DNA from: Camelus dromedarius
Taxonomy: Eukaryota
Assembly: GCF_036321535.1 (NCBI RefSeq)
Contig: NC_087437.1
Coordinates: 22,074,001-22,138,000 of the forward strand
Direction of reading: 5' to 3'
DNA length: 64,000 nucleotides
The translations under genes and the position numbers were made by a program. Below, piece by piece: positions 55,825 through 64,000 of this stretch. Position 1 is the stretch's first letter. Every line of letters begins with the position of its first letter. Under the pieces are notes generated by a model that was not told where the DNA came from, searched no databases, and saw nothing but the letters and a program-made list of their open reading frames with translations.

Positions 55825-58800
55825 AAGAGCCTTACCAGGCCTTGTATCTGCCACAGCATGCCTTCTGCTTGTTCTCCTTTGAGGTTTGCTTGGTTTTTCT
55901 TGGTCCTCAGCACTATATAACTGCCACATTTTGTAGTTAGTGGGTGTGCTGATCTGAATAACCAAGCTGATCATTAGTGGAAGTCGTATCTCCTGAGTGG
56001 CACATTTTTAAGATTTCGATATATCATCCCCAAAAGGCACTCTGGAAAAGGTGATACCAATGTGAACCCCCAGAATCAGGTCAGAACAAGATGGAGCATG
56101 GAAGAGGACTATTTATATGTTTTGTGATTTAATTAGGTGGTGATACAGTGTTGACCTCATGCCTCCAGTAGCTGCTCAAAAATATGTGCTAAATATATGA
56201 ATCTTCTGCATGAATAAAAATGCCAAGTATAACGGCAAGCAGAATGTGTTTTTCCTGATCATCAAAACCGCATGTGTGGTTCCCACGTGGCTTTGATGTT
56301 TGAAAATAATTGATTATATACTGTTCTGAAAAGAAGGCCTAGATGCTCTCAAAAGCAAATGAGTGTCTTTAAAAGCTCTTTCTTAACTATAAAGCTTAAC
56401 AACAAAAGCAAATTGTATGTATGGATATGGTTCACAGAAGCATTTCAATGGAATTATCAGATTTTGGATGCACAGAGTTGCTAGCATCTTTTGCAATGCT
56501 CATGAGCCTGGAATGGAAATATTTACTGTTAAGTTAATAAGGAAATAGCATGAAGAAGTTGTTCAGTGAGCTGGAGCTAGAGCTACAGGTTGAGTGAAAC
56601 TGCTTTTGGCTGCCCAGGCATAAACACAAACCCTCAGCCACAGAGAAGCTAGTGACTGGAGGGTTAAAATTAGACACACAATCCTAAACCAAGACCCGCA
56701 CGTAAAAGCCAACCAGTGGCTCCCATAAATCGTGTCTTTCATGACCTAACAATAATGAATGGGGTGATTTGGCATACAAGATGGAAAGTGTACTAAACAA
56801 GCAAACAAACAACACCACTTCTGCCTCCGTTAATGAGCATTCTGACCGTAATCAAATCACATGCAAATCGGGTGCTGTCTGCTTGAATTGTGTAACTGGA
56901 ACTCGCCACAAAGGGGAAGGAATTCACAGAGTAGAATTTGTATTGTACCACGGAGACACTGAACTGAACCACTAAAGGTTAATGGAGCAGTTAAACTGAA
57001 GAAAGTTGCAAAATCAATTTTACAGCTAAGATGTTTGTACATTCCTTCATTCGTTCACCCAACAAATATTTGTTCAGTGCACTCCATATGCAAAGCACTT
57101 GTTCTAAGTCCTTAAGCCATTTTAAAGATGTATGGGACAGTATTATAAAATGTTCTGACTGGTTTCTTAAATGGCAATACATCTACTTTTCAACTGTTAC
57201 ATTTCCCATAAGATAGTCTTTGAGAAACTTTCAGTTCCTAGGGCAGTGTTTCTTAAAGACTAGGAACCCTACCACTCATGGTATGTCAGATTGTTTTCAG
57301 AAGAATAAGGAATAATTTTCAGTTTCAGTCTGGGGCTGGTTTGTCTTTAACTGTTTTTAATACTTGCTAAACATCTCCTCCTTTAAAAATAGGACAAAAC
57401 AAACAAAAGAAAACCCCAAAACAAAGAGAGAGCATGTTTAAGCCTTTTACAGGCTATAATCTAACTAGAATTTAATAACTTCCTTTTGTTTTTTGTTATT
57501 TTTTTTTTTGGTTACTTTTCATTTGTAAAAAAATGATAATGGTTTTCCATTTATGGTGGTGATACACAATTTCTATTTAAAATAAACATGGGTTAGGTCT
57601 TGAACAGTGAATCAGATAAAAGAGAATGTTAAATAAGCAATAAAACAAGTGGTATCCGTACATGAGAAGAAGGAGTAAAAATGAAGGAGGAATGAATGAG
57701 GTTTGGAAAACTGCCCAAGGAGAAGACAGACACACATACACAACTCTGCACAGCTAACTCAGTGGTTCAAACATCAGCTACAGACAGAAAGAACTCTGGA
57801 CATTGGTTGTTCTTCTTCCCGTAGTAATCACGGAAACCTTCCTGGAGGAAGCTTTTCAGCGTGTCTATGGATGGGGATTGGAGCCAGGAGCCTTGCAAAA
57901 TGGGGAAATGACTGTGAAAACCTGAGGGTCAAGGCATGCACTGCAGTTGACAGGGGTTCCCCAGTTTAAGTGTGCATCTGAATCGGCTAGAGGGCTTCTC
58001 TAGGACCCTACCCTTGGAGATAATGATTCAGTGGGTCAGGAGAGGAGAGTGTTTAAATGCCACTTTGAGAAAGTCCTTGGAGCACAATTTGAGAGGGGCT
58101 GTGAATCTAGAGAACAGAAACAGAGCTGGAGGTCAGAACCCTCTGAGCACAGAGTCAGCATCCCTCTGGTGATCACAGACTTGTAATTCCCCTGGGTGGT
58201 TTCCCCTTTCCTGGGCTCTGCACTGCAACCCTGGACAAGATCAGTTTCAGTACGTGTATGTATCTCTCACATTGCCCATGAAGCTTAGACACATATTTGC
58301 TACCCATCTGGCGGTGTTTTTGTGGGAGAGATTGGGAGGAGAATGCTTGGATGTGGGAAGGTGGAGACAGAAGATCTTCTTTTTTGAGTCGTCATTTCAT
58401 GCTTTCTCTATAAACCTAGTGCAGGGCTAGGCATCCAGTGGTCCTTGGAGGACACCATGAAATAAGGATGCTAAAATTCTACTGGACCTAGCTATTCATG
58501 GGCAAAATTAGTGCTTCATTTCCTGTCTTCTTGGAATTTCTACCCTTCTCTGGTGGGAGGTTGCCAGGGTGAGCATCTGTAAATTGCTTTGAAAGTGAAC
58601 CATGATTGTGCAAAGAGATGACACTGTGTATCTTCTACTGACAGCAAGAACTGGTGATGTGGGGAGACTTGTAGGTGAATAAAGGCTTTCTGAATCAAGA
58701 GGAACCATGGGATTAGATTAAATGTGAACCCCCAAAGCACATAGTGCATATTCAGCACTTTGACTTGAACTACCAGATGGATAATAATCTGTTAGGGGAT

Positions 58801-60989
58801 ATTCTGAGTGGGTTATTTAAAAGGATGCAAAAGACTGCTGACCCAGGCTGGGACTGTGGGCAAGCTGTGGGCACATCTGCAGCGACTGAGCACATATTTC
58901 CGAGGGTTTCCTTCAGAACATAAGTAAACAGTTGCCTGCCTGAGTGACATGGGAGTTTCACAAGGGCTGTAAACACACAAGCTGATGGCCAATATGGTTG
59001 GACAAATCCAGCTGTTTGCAGAAACAATGCCATTCAGCCAAAACATACCAGATGGCACCATCTCTCTCAGGCTCTTCTCCAACATAGCACACTGAGCAGA
59101 AGGGCAAAACTTGAGAGATGGACCCCCCAAGGGCTCTGATGTGGTGACACCGGCAAAAATGCTGCAAATAGGGGAAGGTGCTGTGGCTTCCACATCATTA
59201 TAGACAGAATTCAACAGGCCAGCGATCCAGAAGCTTCCAGAGCAGTGCCATGCATATTAAGTGAGAAGAATTAATTTCACCCGAGGGAGAGGGCTTCCTT
59301 CTGCCATCAGTGACTGTTAGTTCCACTTTGCCCGCAGTCAGAAGCAATGCCACGGGTTATGATGCTGTCCATCAAGTCTTCATTCTCTGGGCAGAGTCTA
59401 GGCGGTGGCGATGGCTGGACGTTGGTTCTCCATGATGAGCAGAAAGCGATGGCCCGAAACAGGAGGTCTAAAGCCCACCAGCCGCCCACGCTCTGGGCAG
59501 AGGAGATTTGGGGGAGAAAGAAACAAGATAACCATCACTAAAATGGTAATGGAAAAATACACCTAGATGAACCCAGGTATTTGTTATAAAAATCAAAACA
59601 GATATGTTAGTACAATACATCCTTAATTTCTTGACGTTGCATTGGAATTTCAAGTCAATTAAATCCTGAAATAAAGAGAAATGAGGCATTGGCTGGAGAG
59701 GAAAAGAATGATATATTTTCATACGAAGGCTAGGAGTTTAGGTATTTATTGGATTGGAATTTGACCTGGGGTATTCAAAAGCAGATTGTCTCCCGAAACT
59801 GTAAGTGGAGCATGGATTTGCAGGAGAAACTTTTCTGCATAATGTGTTGCGTCCTAACAATGAAATCTTGCATAAAAATAGACAGTTAACAAGAAAAAGG
59901 AAAAGAAAACAATTCAACAAATCAACAAAACATTCTGTGCTCTCGAAATGGATGTGGCAGAATCTGTGCTTAAGCAGAAAGGTTGTTCCTTTGAAGTAAG
60001 TCAAACCACATGTTATGCTGTGACTGAGTAAAGAGAAATCTGGAGAAGGACAAAGCATTATGATCTGAAAATTAATGAGACGTTACATTTTGAGCCAAAA
60101 TTGCATCCAACTTTTCGGCATGTAACAAGGCAAGATCTGAGCCAAAGTATAAAGAATTGACATCAAACTTTGGGAATTCAGAACTCAGATGCTGAAATAG
60201 ATGATGAGTGTGGGGAGGACCAACCACAGACTGAGGAGATGCAGAATGAAACAATCTAGGTTGAGACCCCTTTTCCTCCTCTGAAATTTTTCACCGATTG
60301 GATTTTCTATCTTGTGACTGCCAAAACAATGTATGCGTGAAATTGTACATTCTCCCTCGTTCACCGATGCACCATAGAAATGACACACATAAGCACGAAG
60401 GTCATCTGTGGAAAATTGCTGTGTTTCTGCGTAATAACCTGCCTGTAAGTTACAAGAATGGAGGTAATGCTGCCCGGAATGGAATTTGCTTTTGTTCGTG
60501 GCAACGAGCACCATGAGACTCAGGAAGGGGCCCAGAAAAGCAACCGATGTACAGTGTACTGCTTCTGTAATTAAGTGCGGCCGTAATCTCTTTTTCTTTC
60601 TATTTAATGCAAGCGAGGGAGCTATTTCTGTTGTTTTTGGTAAATACAGAAGCTGAGAGTGATGGACGAGTTTTGGAAACGTGTCAGTATTACTTTACTT
60701 ATTTTTGTGCCAAGAACAGGCCCTCATGCGGTTGTGCAGGTTTCGCTCTGCACGAAGGCTCCTGCTCACGAGCTGCGAGCCCTGGTCCGCACCTGGGGCA
60801 GGGACGGTGGGGAGGAAGGCGTTTCTTATTAATATGTGTGCTAGCAGCTGTGCCAGATGAAGCCTCTACTAGCCACCTGATAATCTTATGAAACAGAAAA
60901 AAGGAGTGATAAACCAGCCCCCTACCTGCATGACCCTAAGTTATTTATTATAGATGTTTCCACTCATTTAAATACCAGAATGGCTGCTA

Positions 60990-61145
60990 CCAGGCTCCCC
61001 AAACTCTGATGTGCAGATCAGTCACTCAAGGATCTTGTTAAAATCTGGATTCTGATGGAAGTCATCTGGGGCCTGAGATTCTGCATTTCTAACAAGTTCT
61101 CAGGTGACCTTGATTCAGCTGATCCACCGACCACATTTCGAGAAG
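60990..61145. mobile_element. MER5-like hAT element
   Basis: ggatcttgttaaaatctggattctga...ggggcctgagattctgcatttctaacaagttctcaggtga. Confidence 0.7.
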
Positions 61146-62927
61146 CAAGTCCCAGGGGATGTCAAGTCCCACGAATCCCAAGGTCAGCTCCTGCTGCGAA
61201 GTCCCCATCCTCTCTTCTAACCACTGAACCCTCCTCCCCATCTTCTACCCTTGCAAACTTCAACCAGAATGTTCCCTACCTTGAAAAAAGCCCTCGCCAA
61301 ACCAGACCCCCAAATGTCCCTACCGAAGAAGGGGTTGAGAAAATGATATGGCGTCCTTCTTTCCTGCAGACCCGGAGTTCATTCCTCCTGAAGGAGAAGA
61401 GTCCTTATTGTTTTCTGAGCACTCTGAGCCACGCCGTGTGCCTCCTATACCTGGATTTTTCTAGCCATTTGGAGAGACAGCTATTAATATCCTAATATTA
61501 CAGATGGAAAATTGAAGCCCAAGGAGATGACAGACCTTGTCCAAGAACATAGAACTCGTAAGTCAACTTGTAGGAAATTTAATCCAGGGTTCATTTCAAA
61601 TTCTGTATATGAGTCACTACATCTTGTTTCTGAATCTCAAGGAACTTAATTTCTTCTGTCAGTAAAGAGAGAGTTTTCCAGTTGATAGCCTTTTATCAGA
61701 GATGGTGGTACCTGAGGTAGAAGTCACATTGAAGGCAGGGGGTATATCACACTAGACAGCCCTTTATTTGTTTTAAACAGAATTCTATTACTGCACAGCC
61801 ATGTGGATGTCCCATGGAGTTTCTATTAATGTGATGTTATCTCTGCTTCCTCATGACAGTTGATTTTGGTGACTGGTTGATTATTTTTAAAGCACTTATG
61901 ATCATGGACTAAAACCTCAGTGTCAAAGCTCCTTCAGTTTTTCAAATATTGTGTTTCAAAATACAGTGAGAGCCGCTCCTGACTGATCAGGACCAGGTGA
62001 GAGATGGATCCAGGTGAGGGGTTGGCCATCGCCTAAGGGGTATAGAGAGGACGAACCCCTGAGTACCCAACTGTCAGGGGACAGGCTGTCCATGGAGAGA
62101 ACAGGTTTGCTCCAAGGAGCAATTTCTGGGAACTGGAGCTCCAGTCTGGGGATGAGGGCGGTGGTCAGAGCAAGGCATGCTGCACACTCTCCAGTCAACC
62201 CCATTTAGTGTGTTCTTAACTCCTGAGTCCTGGGAAACTGAGGGGGGAAGTAGGGGGAATTAAATGATTTTCCAAATGCTTCAAGACCACTTTCTAGCTG
62301 AAGATAGCGCAAGACACAGCTCTGGCCGCTGCTGGGAGATGTTTGGCGTGGAGATGCAGGAAGAGTTGACAGAAGCTGAGTCTCTTATTTGCAGGCAGTA
62401 GTTTCTCCAAGAAGCCTCTTCCTAGAGGAGATTCATCCCGGTACACGTGGGCATGATGATAGCTTCACGCAGCCTGCAGAGATGGGGCAGCGGGCCCTAC
62501 CATTGGAGGGTGGACGTAGCCCACACTAAAGTACCTTTACTGAACTGAGCGTTGACGTTACAATGTTAGATTGCATTGACGGCCTATAAGAACCAGCACC
62601 TTCTGCCCCAACTCTACAGTTATTTTTATTGTAGAACATAGAGACATATTTAAGGAAACAGGGCACTTTCTATACTGCATAATTCCTTTTTAAGGACCCA
62701 TAGTAAATTAGCCAATAAATATTGCTTGAGCACTTAGATGTCAGATACAGTGCCAGTGTTGGGAATAAAGCAGTGAAGAAGGAAATCACATGAATGCATT
62801 TTCTTGTATTTATCTTTGCGGGCTACCTCAAATTCCTACTATCTTTTTTGAATGTGGGGCTGTAATTAAATGGTAATAAAAGGGCCCAGTACATCACAGG
62901 TTGAATAAATGCCCCAATCAATCTTAG

Positions 62928-63765
62928 TGTGAGATAGTGAGAAATATATATATTGGTCTCTGCCCCAGGACACAGCACTGCTAAACCATTGTAGTTTCCT
63001 AAGTCAGAAGAGCACTAGGAACATCTTTTGTTCTAATGAAGTCACTCTGGGTGGGCTCCTGGGTGGCTCCTGGATGGGGGCTGGTCACCAGAAAGACCAA
63101 GCCATGATTAGACACTTAGAATTTCCAGCCCCAGTCCACATCTTCCAGAGAGGGAAGAGAGGCTGGAAATGGAGTTAACCATTGGTCATGACTACATGAG
63201 GAAGCCTCCTTGAATTCCAGTAGCAGGGGCTTCAAGAAACTTGCATGTCGTTGGTGGCACTGGGAGGTGCTGGGAAGACGGTGCGCCCGCAGGGGGCGTC
63301 TCCCCACATACCTTGCCCTTTGCATCTCTTCCATCTGGCTGTTCATCTATATTCTTTATCATAACCTTTTATAATAAACCAATAAACACAAGTAAACTTT
63401 TCCTAAGTTCTGTGAGCCGCTCTAGTAAATTAATTGAACCCGAGGAGGGGGTCGCCGGAACCTATTACTTATGACCAGTTAGCCAGAATCCCAGGCAACA
63501 ATCTGGATTTGTGATTGGCAGCAGAAGTGTGGGGCAGTCTAGTGGGACTAAGCCCTTGACCTCTGGGCTCTGATGCTATCTCCAGGTAAATAGCATCAGA
63601 ATTAAGTTGCTGGACACCACCTGGTGCCACAGAATTGCTTGGTGCGGAGGGAAAAAAATCCACACATTTGGTGACCAGAAGTGTCAGAAGTGAAGTAAGT
63701 AGTCAAGTGTTCTGTGAATAGTAAAGGAGAAAGACACTGGTGGAAAACTGGCTTTTTCCAGTCCA
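62928..63765 (+). mobile_element. ERVL-type solo LTR (MER21B/C-like)
   Basis: tgtgagatagtgagaaatatatatattggtctctgcccc...ggctggtcaccagaaagaccaagccatgattaga...ataataaaccaataaac...cacatttggtgaccagaagtg. Confidence 0.8.
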
Positions 63766-64000
63766 GTTGGTGATAAATGAGTCCAGAGAAAGGTGTGAGT
63801 GGTGAGGTCAGTGATGCTGATGCAGAGGCTGGAGTTTCTTAGGATGCCTGGCTGGCGAGATCCTAAAATTTAAAGGTGGGAACTCAGAAGAGAAAGCACT
63901 GCTTTAAGGGCAGATGGAGAACAAGACACAAAGACAAAGCATGAATGAAATCAAATCTGGAATTAGGCAGTAAGTCACTGTGTCAACCACGAAGTTTTGT

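Noticed and set aside
29299..63663. Numerous 60-147-aa ORFs in the downstream region
   Set aside because: No recognisable domains and no consistent splice structure; many overlap repeats (L1, L2, LTR, SINE, minisatellite). Expected by chance in more GC-rich DNA.

Overview
Mammalian genomic DNA, most likely a camelid (camel, alpaca or llama), judged from six copies of a tRNA-derived SINE resembling the camelid Vic-1 family. Bases ~885-26,030 (+ strand) carry the 3' part of U2SURP (SR140, U2 snRNP-associated SURP-domain protein). I could join 15 coding exons by hand into one open frame of ~604 codons: SURP, CID, acidic DxDGxP repeats, cwf21 and an RS tail ending ...SKKNKH-stop. A ~4.1-kb 3' UTR with several poly(A) signals follows. 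The remaining ~38 kb looks intergenic and is filled with L1/HAL1, L2, MIR, MLT/MER21 LTRs, hAT MERs, SINEs and simple repeats; none of its ORF-track calls are convincing genes. I do not see a clear-cut new multi-gene system. The most interesting signals are splicing-regulatory: (1) a 78-nt GC-AG intron that reads in frame and whose only stop is its own acceptor TAG; (2) a cryptic exon/intron module in the 3' UTR; (3) an L1 insertion whose target-site duplication copied a 5' splice site; (4) tandem ULM-like SKWE motifs; (5) an orphan microexon-like signature downstream. Repeat family names come from recalled consensus sequences, not a database search, and repeat boundaries are approximate.
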